From the human T2T-CHM13v2.0 reference genome, Homo sapiens, in the NCBI RefSeq assembly GCF_009914755.1, contig NC_060928.1: a stretch of DNA of 64,000 bases. One strand, 5' to 3'. The translations under genes were made by a program, and so were the position numbers. Of this stretch, positions 1 to 11,187 are shown one piece after another (the first letter of the stretch is position 1; each line of letters begins with the position of its first letter). Under the pieces are notes generated by a model. That model saw only the letters and a program-made list of their open reading frames with translations, was not told the origin of the DNA and searched no databases.

Positions 1-28
1 TGGGTGGGGCAACAGCCAAGCTATATCA
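1..28 (-). mobile_element. Terminus of a MaLR (THE1/MST) LTR cut by the window edge
   Basis: TGGGTGGGGCAACAGCCAAGCTATATCA resembles the MaLR terminus TGGGTGGGGACACAGCCAAACCATATCA. Confidence 0.6.
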
Positions 29-568
29 AGGGAGTTATAGAAAATGTCAAGCAGACCAATATATGCATTATGGGCATCCCAGAGAGAGAAGGACCAGAAA
101 GCTTACTGAGTGTAGTAATGGTTGAAAACATCTCAAATCTGGGGAAGGAATAAATATTTTGATCCAAGAAGCCTGAAGCATACCAAATAAGATGAAAACC
201 AAACATTATATTATATTTATTACATTATATTATAATGAAACACATTGTAATCAAATTTTCAGAAAACAAAGAATTTTGAAAGCAGCAGAGAAGACACTTT
301 TCACATACATGACAAACTTCATAAGACTATCACTAGATTTTTTTTTTAGCAGATACCTTGCAGGCCAGAAGGGAGTGGAATGGTATATTAAAAGTATTGA
401 AGAAAAACAACTGCCAATCAAGAACACTAAGTCCAACAAAAATCTCCTTCAAAAATGAAAAAGAGATACGGACTTTTCTAGACAAACAAAAGCTGAGGTA
501 ATTTATCACCACTGGGCTCATAATGCAGAAATGTGAAAGCAAGTTCTTCAAGTTGAAATGAAAGGATG

Positions 569-1030
569 TGTGATGGTTGATACTGAGTGTCAACTTAATC
601 AGATTGAAGAATACAAACTATTGATCCTGAGCATGTTTGTGAGGGTGTTGCCAAAGGAGATTAACATTGAGTCAGTGGGCTGGGGAAGGAAGGTCGACCA
701 TTAACCTTGTTGGCACAAGCTAATCAGCTGCCAGCAAATATACAGCAGGCAGAAAAACATGAAAAGGAGAGACAGGCCTAGCCTCCCAGCCTACATCTTT
801 CTCCCTTGCTGAATGCTTCCTGCCCTTGAACATCTGACTCCAATGTTCTTCAGTTTTGAGACTCAGACTGGCTCTCTCCTTGCTCCTCAAGCTTGCAGAC
901 AGCCTATTGTGGAAACTTGTGATCATGTAAGTAAATACTTAGTGAACTCCCATATATAAACATACATATGCTATATAGCATATATACATGCTATTAGTTC
1001 TGTCCCTCTAACAGAACCCTGACTAATACA
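569..1030 (+). mobile_element. MLT2A 5' LTR
   Basis: Starts TGTGATGGTTGATACTGAGTGTCAAC and ends AGAACCCTGACTAATACA, typical MLT2A termini. Confidence 0.9.
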
Positions 1031-1035
1031 GATTT

Positions 1036-1049
1036 TGGTACCAGGAGTG
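1036..1049 (+). promoter_or_regulatory. Primer-binding site (tRNA-Leu type) of HERV-L
   Basis: TGGTACCAGGAGTG lies just downstream of the 5' LTR. Confidence 0.7.
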
Positions 1050-1164
1050 TTCTAGAGGAACAGAATATTAAGGATGGAGTTCCTTCATTGGTTTGGGGGT
1101 TGCTGGAGTTGGCTGCTTAATATGATTAGACCCCAAAAATGCTAAGGACTCTACTTCTAGTAGT

Positions 1165-2425
1165 ATGGAGAGCACTGATAGTCCTTGGTGTGAACTGTTC
1201 GAAGAGTTATGCAAAATAAATGCATTTGACATTCCTGATTCACCATTTGTGAGAGGCAAGTTTAGTGACTCTGTGAGTAATACCTTTGACCATATGTGGA
1301 GAACCAAGGAAAATAATAAAGCTTGTTGTTTGCTCTTAAGTTCAGTGGACAAGTGATGAAAGACAATGATGAACTCAGGGATTCTGTCTCCTGGCTTCAG
1401 AAGCAGATAATGAGCCTCAAATCTGCCAAGGTTGCCCTGAATGAGAGTCTTGTCTCCTGTAGAGAAAGAGCTGAAATTGTGGAAAAACAGACATAAGCAC
1501 TTATGTGAGTGGCTGACCTGCAATAAAAGGTGCATGCAGAGCCTTGCCCAGTGTCTACTGTTAAAGTGAAGGCATTGATTGGGAAAGAATGGTACCCTAC
1601 AATTTGGAACATGGACATGTAGGGGGACCCTGACAAAGCTGGAGACGTTGAGTTTGTAAACTCTGATGAACCTTTTTTATGCCAGAAAGAACAGCTTCCC
1701 CATCCCCAGTACTGGCAATATCTGCTCCCTGACCCATACTGCTATCAGTCTTTCCACCTTTGTCTGAAGAGATAAACCCTATGCTGCCTGAGGCAACAGT
1801 GATGGCCTCCCCTGAGGCGGTTGCCAGGCAAAATAGTGTTGATTCTCCTCAGGAGCCACCCCCAACACCCCTGTTTGCTACTAGAATATAACTAGATTAA
1901 AGTCCTGGCGGGTCCCTAGAGGTGAAGTTGGGAGTGTGACTCTTGAGTGGGTGCACTACACTCAAAAAGAACTGTTTGAGTTTTCGAATTTATATAAACC
2001 GCAATCTGGAGAACAGGCATGGGAATGGATATTAAGGGTATCAGATAATGGTGGAAGGAACATAGAGTTGTGTATCAGGCTGAATTTATTGATTTTGGCC
2101 CACTCAATAGGGACTCTGCTTTCAATGTTGCAGCTCAGGGCATTAAAAAAGGTTCTAACAGTTTATTTGCTTGGGTAGCTGAAATACAGATTAAAAGATG
2201 GCCCACTGTGAATGATCTGGAAATGCCTGATCTCCCTTGGTTTAATGTAGAGGAAGGGATCCAAAGGCTTAGGGAGATTGGGATGATGGAGAGGATTAGT
2301 CACTTTAGACCTACTCATCCCAGCTGGGAAGCTCCAGAAGACAAATCCTTGAGCAATACCTTGCAAAATAGCACCTGCATTTTTGAAGAGTCCTGTAATT
2401 GCTCTTCTCTGTATGTCAGATCTAA
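1165..2425 (+). pseudogene. gag: HERV-L gag remnant with stops and frameshifts
   Basis: Fragments MESTDSPWCELFEELCKINAFD, LFEFSNLYK..GEQAWEWILRV and LEMPDLPWFNVEEGIQRLREIGM match ERV-L Gag. Confidence 0.85.
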
Positions 2426-2427
2426 CG

Positions 2428-2700
2428 CTGGGACACTTTGGGCTCCTCCTACCTTTATGTCAAGAGTTTAAGCAGGGAGTTATGCTGTTGGCTGGGGTGA
2501 TTGACCCAGACTATCAAGATGAAATCAGTCTAGTACTCCATAATGGAGGTAAGGAGGAGTACGCATGGAATACAGGAGATTTATTAGGGTGTCTCTTAGT
2601 ATTACCATGCCCTGTGATTAAGGCTAATGGGAACCTACAACATCCCAATCCAGGCAGGACTACAAATGACCCAAACCCTTTCAGGAATGAAGGTTATGGT
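2428..2700 (+). pseudogene. HERV-L dUTPase C-terminal remnant
   Basis: GHFGLLLPL...GVMLLAGVIDPDYQDEISLVLHNGG contains dUTPase motif III (GVIDxDY), characteristic of ERV-L. Confidence 0.85.
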
Positions 2701-3148
2701 CACTCCACCAGGAAAAAAAACATGATCTGCTGAGGTGCTTGCTGAAGGCAAAGGGAATACAGAATGGGTAGAAGAAGAAGGTAGTCATCAATACCAGCTA
2801 TGACCACATGACCTGCTGCAGAAATGAGGACTGTAATTGTCATGAGTATTTCCTCCTTCTTTTCTTAAAAACATGTTTGTGCATGTATACACTTGTACTA
2901 AGAAAATAACTTCATTTTATTTCCTTTCTCCTTTATTATGTGACATAAGATTTATTGACTTCATATCAGCATTTAAGTATTGTTAACTTTATGAAATAGT
3001 ATTTGGGTTGGGGATTGGTGTGTTTCCAGTTGTCCGAAGGACAGTTGTGTTATGTTAGGCATAATTATTACCCTATTTTTGTCTTTATTTGAAGATTATG
3101 TATGATCTCAGGAGATGTGTATGGGTTCAAGTTGACAAGAAGTGGACT

Positions 3149-3802
3149 TCTGATGGTTAATACTGAGTGTCAAAGGATATTCATCCTGGGTGTGTCTGTT
3201 TGGGTGTTGCCAAAAGAGATTAACATTTGAGTCAGTGAACTGGGGAAAGCAGCTCCACCCTTAATATGATGGGAACAATCTAACCAGTTGCCAGTGAATA
3301 AAAAGCAGGCAGAAAAAACATGAAAGAAAGAAGGGCCTAGCCTTCCAGCCTACATCTTTCTCTCATCCTGAATGCTTTCTGTCCTTGAATATCGGACTCC
3401 GAGTTCTTCAGTTTTGGGACTCAGACTAGCTCTCCTTGCTCCCCAAGCTTGCAGACAGCCTATTGTGGGACCTTGTGATTGTGTTAGTTAATACTTAATA
3501 AACTCTCATATAGATATAGATATAGATATAGATACACACACATATATCTCTATATATAGATATAGATACACACATATATCTATATATAGATATAGATATA
3601 TACACACATATATATCTATATATAGATATAGATACACACATATATATCTATATATAGATATAGATATAGATACACACATATATATCTATATATAGATATA
3701 GATATAGATACACACATATATATCTATATATATAGATATAGATATATATACACATATATATCCTACTAGTTCTGTCTCTCTAAGAGAACCCTGAGTAATA
3801 CA
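3149..3802 (+). mobile_element. MLT2A 3' LTR containing an expanded TA-rich satellite
   Basis: Follows a PPT-like ACAAGAAGTGGAC; homologous to 569-1030; ends AGAACCCTGAGTAATACA. Confidence 0.9.
3508..3761. repeat. Compound (TAGATA)/(CA)/(TA) minisatellite, about 6-7 units of 30-40 bp
   Basis: Repeated unit CACACATATATATCTATATATAGATATAGATA read directly. Confidence 0.95.
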
Positions 3803-4359
3803 GAATGCGAAACAGAAATGCAATGGCATAAGAAAATATGACAGTTTTGGTGAAGGTAAATATATAGACAAATACAGGTAGTTAAATCACTTTTTATTAC
3901 AGAATAACAGTTAAATGTGTTCAAAATAAGCATAACTAAAAATGTTAAGAGATATACAATATAAATAGATGTAAATTATGACTATAACATAAGGTGGTAC
4001 GGTAGTTAACATATAGGGTTTTGTATGTGGTTAAATTTATGTTGTTATAAGCTTAAAATAGACTATTATATAATATTTTATGTAAACCTTCAGGTAAACA
4101 AACAAACTACAGAAGTTACAGAAAAGAAAAAAGAAAAGAATCAAGTAATATCAACTAAGAAAATCCACAGATATAAATAAAGACAAACAAGACTAACAGA
4201 AAAACAGAAAGCAACAAACAAAAGGCAATAGTAAATACTTTTATATCAATAATTATTTAAATGTAAATTGATTAAATTATACAATCAAAAGACATAGATT
4301 GGCTAAATGAATTCAAAAACAAGATTCAACAATATGCTGTCTATAAGAAACTCACTTCA

Positions 4360-6094
4360 TGTATTAGTCCGTTTTCACACTGCTATAAAGAAATACCTGA
4401 GACTGCCTAATTTATAAAGGAAAGAAGTTTAATTGACTCACAGTTCCACATGGCTGGGGAGGCCTCAGGAAACTTACAATCATGGTGGAAGGTGAAGGAG
4501 AAGCAAGCACCTTCTTCACAAAGTGGCAGGATAGAGGAGAGAAGGAGAACCTTCCAAAAAAATACAAACAATCAGATCTCGTGAGATCTCACTCACTATC
4601 ATGAGAGCAGCATGGAGGAAACCACCCCATAATCTAGTCACCTCCATATTTTGACATGTGGGGATTACAATTTGAGATGAGATTTGAGTGGGGACACAGA
4701 GCCAAACCATATTATTTCACTTTGGCCCCTCCCAAATCTCATCTTTTCACATTTCAAAACCAATCATGCCTTCCCAACAGTCCCCCAAAGTCTTAACTCA
4801 TTTCAGCACTAACTCAAAAGTCCACAGTCCAAAGTCTCATGTGAGACAAGGCAAGTCCCTTCCACCTATGAGCTTATAAAATCAAAAGCAAGTTAGTTAC
4901 TTCCTAGATACAATGGGGGTACAGGCATTTGGTAAATATACCCACCCAATTCTTGTCTTCTGTGCACCTGCCAAATATCACATGTAACCTGTCAAGGCTT
5001 AGGGTTTGCACCCTCTGAAACAACAGCCTGAGCTATATGTTGGCCCCTTTTACCGGGGCTGGAGCTGGAGCAGCTGAGTCACAGGGCACCAAGTCCTGAA
5101 GCTACTCAAAACAGTGGGGCCCTGTGCCAGGCCCACATAATTATTTTTCTCTCTTAGGCCTCCAGGCCTGTGAGGAGAGGGGCTGCCATGAAGGTCTATC
5201 TATGACATTCCTTGGAAAAATGTTCCACATTGTCTTGGTGATTAACATTTGACTCCTTGTTACTTATGCAAAATTCTGCAGCTGGCTTGAATTTCTTTTC
5301 AGCAAATGGGTTTTTCTTTTCTATCACATAGTCAGGCTTCCAATTTGCTAAACTTTTATGTTGTGCTTCTTCTTTTAAAACATTAAGTCCCAATTTCAAA
5401 TAATATCTCTCAAGTTCAAAGTTCCACAGATCTCTAGGGCAGGGGCAAAATCCCACCAGTCTCTTTCTAAAGTGTAGCAAGAGTGATCTTGACTCCAGTT
5501 CCCAAGAAGTTCCTCATCTCTATCTGAGATCACCTCAACCTAGACTTCATTGTCAGCATTACTATCAGTATTTTGGTCAAAACCATTCAACAAGTCTCTA
5601 GGAAGTTCTAAACTCTCTCACATCTTCCTGTCTTCTTCTGAGCCTTCCAAACTATTCCTCTGCCCACTACTGAGTTCTAAAGTTGCTTCTACATTTCGAA
5701 GTTTCTTTATAGCAGTACACCACTCTACCAGTACCAATTTACTATATTATCCCATTTTCACACTGCTGTAGAGAATACCTGAGACTGAGTAATTTATATA
5801 TTTAAAAAAGAGGTTTAATTGACTCATAGTTCCTCATGGATGGGGAGGCCTCAGGAAACTTACCGTCATGGTGGAAGGGGAAACAGGCACATGTTACATG
5901 GCGGTAGCTGAGAGAGAGAGAGAGTGAAGGGGGAATAGCCCCTTATAAAACCATCAGATCTCATGAGAACTCACTTACTATCAATGACAACAACATGGCG
6001 GAACTGCCCTCATAATCCAATAACCTTCCCTCAACATATGGGGATTACAATTTGAAATGAGATTTGGGTGGAGACACAGAGCCAAACCACATCA
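4360..6094 (-). mobile_element. Two-LTR MaLR element (THE1D/MSTA-like) with ~1 kb internal region
   Basis: LTRs at 4360-4714 and ~5743-6094 (TGTATTAGTCC...GCCAAACCATAT); MaLR internal sequence between; 5-bp TSD CTTCA (4355-4359)/TTTCA (6095-6099); L1 ORF2 resumes after it. Confidence 0.9.
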
Positions 6095-7319
6095 TTTCAT
6101 ATTTAAGGTCACACACAAGCTAAAAGTTAAGGGGTGGAAAAAGGTATGTCGTGCAAATGGTAAGTAAAAGAGAGCAGGGGTAGTTATATTTACACCAGGT
6201 AAAATATTTAAGAAATTTAAGCCAAAAACTGTCACAAGAGACAATGAAGGTCATTATAAAATGATAAAAGGGTCAATACACTAGGAGGATATAACAGTTA
6301 CAAATATTTATACATAGGTGTGTGTGTGTGCCCTACATCAGAGCACCTAAATATATAAAGCAAATGTTGATAGAACTGAAGAAATAAATAGACAAGCAAT
6401 ACAATATTACTTGCGAACTTTAGTATCACACTTTCAAAGGTGGACAGAACATCAAGATGGAAGATGAATAAGGATACAAGGCACTTAAATAACAGTACAT
6501 ACTGAATGAACCTAACAGACATGTACAGAATCTTCCACCCAGCAACAGCAGAATACACATTCTTCTTAAGAACACATGAATCTTTATCCAGGATAGATTA
6601 CATATTCAGTCACAAAACCAGTCTGAACAATATAAGAAGATTTTAATTATACCTAATATTCTTTCTGAGCATAATGGAATGAAACTAGAAAACAGTACCA
6701 GAAGGAAATGAAAAAATTCACAAGTAAGTGGAAATTAAACAACACACTCTTGAACAACCTTTGGGTCAAAGAAGAAATCAAAAAGGGACTTAGAAAATAC
6801 CTTTAGACAAACTAAAATAAATACAACACACCAAAACAAATAAGCAAACTCATATTACACAACTAATCAGAAAATGAAGAATAAACTATGCTTAAAGTTT
6901 GGGATACTTCCTAACTGGAGATCGTGTCCCTGGTGGAAGGCCATAAGATCCCCTAGCACCAGCTTCACCCAGGGGAAAGAAAGCGTCAGTTTATATATCC
7001 AGTGCCCCAACTTTTCTGAGAAGGCTTCCCAGAGGACTGGTTTCTTCCTTGCGAGTCCTGGAACTCTGATGGGTTTAGCACAGTCTGGCCACCCAGCATA
7101 AAGAAAAAAAACAACAAAAATTAGTGCAAATAGAAATAAAACAGAAAACAGAAAAACAATAGAAATAAACAATAAAAGTAAGAATATTTTTTGGAAAGAT
7201 AAACAGACCAATCTTTGGCTAGGCTAACTATAAAAGGAAAAGAGAAGACTTAAGTGAGTTCAGAAATGAAGGAACAGTTATTGCAACACATACTCTACAA
7301 AAAAAAAAAAAAATTAGAA

Positions 7320-7638
7320 GGCCAAGCCCAGCAGCTCATGCTTGTAATCCTAGCACTTTGGGAGGCTGAGTGGGAGTATTACTTGAGCTCAGGAGTTCGC
7401 AATAAGCCTAGGAAACATGGCAAAAACCCCATCTCTACAAGAAATAATAATAATAAAAAGCTGGGTATGGTGGCATGTGCCTGTAGTTTCAGCTACTCAG
7501 AATGCTGAGATGAGAGGATTACCTGAGCCCAGGGAAGTCAAGGCTGCAGTGAGCCCTGATCACACAACTGCACTGCAGCCTGGGTGACACAGTGAGACCA
7601 CCGTCTCAAATAAATAAATAAATAAATAAATAAATAAA
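7320..7638 (+). mobile_element. AluJ-like SINE with (AAAT)n tail
   Basis: Dimeric Alu with AluJ-type GAGCCCAGG..GTCAAGGCTGCAGTGAG. Confidence 0.9.
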
Positions 7639-8271
7639 AGAACATAAGACAATACTACGACCAATTATATGCCAACAAACTGGATAACTTAGAAGAAATC
7701 AATAAATTACTAGAAACATAAAACCTACCAAGATGAATCCTGAAGAAATAGAAAGTGTTAACAGATTTATAGCTGGTATGGAGATTGAATCCCTAATCAA
7801 AAACCTCCAAAAACAAAAATCACAGGAGCAGATGGCTTCACTGGTGAATTCTACTAAACATTTAAGGAACAAACACCCATCATTCTCAAACTCTTCCAAA
7901 AAACTGAATAGAAGGGAAAGTTCCCAAACTCATTTTACAAGTCCAGTATTTTCCTGATACCAAAGCCAGACAAAGATAAAGAAAACAGCAAGTCAATATC
8001 CCTGATGAATATAGACACAGAATCCTCAACAAAATACTAGCAAATTGAATCCAAAATTACATTAAAAGGATCATCAACCATAACTGAGTGGGATTTATTT
8101 CTATGATGCATGGATGATGGTTCAATACACAGAAGTCAGTTAATGTGATACGCCACATTACCTGAAAAAGTAAAATTCGCATGATCATCTAAATAGAGGT
8201 AGAAAAATATTTGAATATTTGACAAAATTTAGTACTCTTTGATCATAAAAGCTCTCAAGATACCAGAGATA

Positions 8272-8589
8272 GGACCAGGTATGGTTGCTCAAGTCTGTAA
8301 TCTCAGAATTTTTGGATGCCGAGGCAGGAGCATCACTTGAGCTCAGGAGTTTGAGAATAGCCTGGGCAACACAGTGAACCCTCATCTCTACAAAAAAATA
8401 AATAATAAATAAAAAATTATCTGCATACGGTGGCACGCACCTGCATTCACAGCTCCTCTGCAGGCTGAGGCACGAAAATCACTTGAGCCTAGGAGGTCGA
8501 GGCTGCAGTGAGCCATGATTGCACCACTGCACTCCAGCCTGATTGACAGACCAAGACCGTATCTCAAAAAAAAAAAAAAAAAAAAAAAA
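8272..8589 (+). mobile_element. AluJ-like SINE
   Basis: Dimeric Alu, GGAGGTCGAGGCTGCAGTGAGCCATGAT, poly(A) tail. Confidence 0.9.
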
Positions 8590-10818
8590 GGAAAGAAACT
8601 TGGAATGTAAGGAAATTACCTCAGAGCTCAACATCATACTCAATGATAAAAAAAAGATTTTCCTATAAAATCAGGAACAGGCAAGAATGTTTCCTTTCTC
8701 TGTTTCTATTCAATAGAGTATTGGAGGTCCTAGCCATAGAAATTTAGCAAGCAATAGAAATAAAAGGCACCAAATTGGAAATGAAACAGTAAAACTGTCA
8801 TTTTAAGAGGTTATGATCTTATATATAAGTAATTCTAAAGAGTCTACTTAAAAATCTATTAGAACTAATAACCGAATTTAGTGAAGTTTCAGGATAAAAG
8901 ATCAACACACAACAATCAGTTGCATTTTTACACACTAAATTGAAATATCTTAAAAGGAAATTTTTGTACAATTTCATGTACAATAGCACTAAGAAGAATA
9001 AAATAACTAGGAATAAAATGTAACTAAGAAGGTGAAAAACTTGAATACTAAAAATTACAAAACATTTATGTTAGACAAGACACAAACAAATGGAAATCTA
9101 TCCCATTCATGGACTGGAAGACTTAATATTATTAAAATGTCCACACTACTGGAAGTAATCTACAGATTCAATGTAATCCCTAGCAAAATTTGAATGGCAT
9201 TTTTCACAGAAATAGATAAAATTCTAAAATTTCTATGTGATAAGAAAACACATGAATAGTTAGGCCAATCTTGAGAAAGAAGATAAAAACTGGAAGCATC
9301 ACACATTCTGAATTCAAAATGTGTTACAAAGTCACAGTAATTAAAACAGTATAGTACTGACATCAAGACAGATATATAGACCAATGTAACTCAATAGAGA
9401 GTCCAGAAATAAACCCAAGTATGTATGGTCAACTGATCTTCCATAAAGGTTCCAAGAATAGAAAATGAGAAAAGCACAGTCTCTTTGACAAATGATGGTG
9501 GAAAAACTGGATATCCACATGCAAAAAAAAAGAGAAAGAAACTAGACCTTTTTATTACACCATATACAAAAATCAACTGAAAATGGAACAAAGGTTTAAA
9601 CCCAAGACAAGAAACTATAAAACTCCTAGAGGAAACCCCAGGGAAAAACCTTTACATCAGTGGTCTTGAAAATGATTTCATGGATATGCCACCAAGACCA
9701 CAGGCAACAAAAATAAAAATAAGCAACAGGGACCACATCAAACTAAAAAGCTTCTATATGTCAAAAGAAACAATAGAATGAAAAAACAAGTAAAGAATGG
9801 GAGGAAATATCAGATAACTATATATCTGATAAAGGTTGAGTTTCCAAAATATATACAGGAACTCCTACAACTCAATAGTAAACAAAACAAAAACCCTAAT
9901 AACCCGATTTAAAAATGGGTTAAAGAGTGGAAAAGATATTTCTCTAGAGAATACATGCAAATGGCCAAAAGGTACATAAAAGGTGCTCAACATCACTAAT
10001 TATCACAAAAATGCAAATCAAAACCACAATGATATATTACCTCTCACCTACCAGAATGGTTATTATATATATATTTGATATATATGAGATATATATATAT
10101 GATATATGTATATATAAATCAAAAACAGAAACAATACCAAAGGCAACAAATGATGGTGATTTCCAGGTTCAGTTCAGTTTTAATACATATATATAGCAAA
10201 TGCTGGTGACAATAAGGAGAAATTAGAACCCTTGACCATTATTGGTGGGAATGCAAAGTAGTGCAGCCACTACGGCAAACAGTATGACAGTTCCACACAC
10301 ACAAAAAAGACACCTATCATCCTACCATATGATCTGGCAATCCCACTTCTGATAATTTTTCCAAAATATTTGCAATCAGAATCTTTAAAATATATTATCA
10401 ATCCTATATTCATTGCATCTTTATTAAAATAGCCAATATGCGGAAATAACTTAAATGCCCATAAACAGAATGGATAAAGAAAAATGTGGGATATACATAA
10501 AATGCGATACTATTCAGCTTTAAAAACAAAAAAGGAAACTCTGCGATATGCGACAACATGGATTTCAAGTGAAATAAGACAGTCACAGAAAGACAAATGT
10601 TGCATGATTCCCCTTATGTGAGGTATCTAAAATAGTCAAATTCAGAATCAAAAAGTGGAATGATGGTTACCAGGGGCTAGGGAGAGGTTAAATGGGGAGT
10701 TACTACTGATCAACTGGCATAAATTTCATTCAAGCTAGATGAGTAAGCTCTGAGATCTGCTGTACAGCATTGTACCTATAGTCAACAAAAATGAATTGTA
10801 CACTTAAAAATTCCTTAA

Positions 10819-11187
<369 letters not shown>

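Larger units (their letters stand above)
569..3802 (+). mobile_element. HERV-L provirus (two MLT2A LTRs plus internally deleted internal region)
   Basis: TG...CA termini; 5-bp TSD GGATG (564-568)/GAATG (3803-3807); two homologous LTRs; PBS; gag and dUTPase remnants; no pol sequence seen. Confidence 0.92.

Noticed and set aside
3508-3761. Repeat array as a CRISPR-like locus
   Set aside because: Low-complexity tandem units with no unique spacers, inside a primate LTR, with no cas genes.
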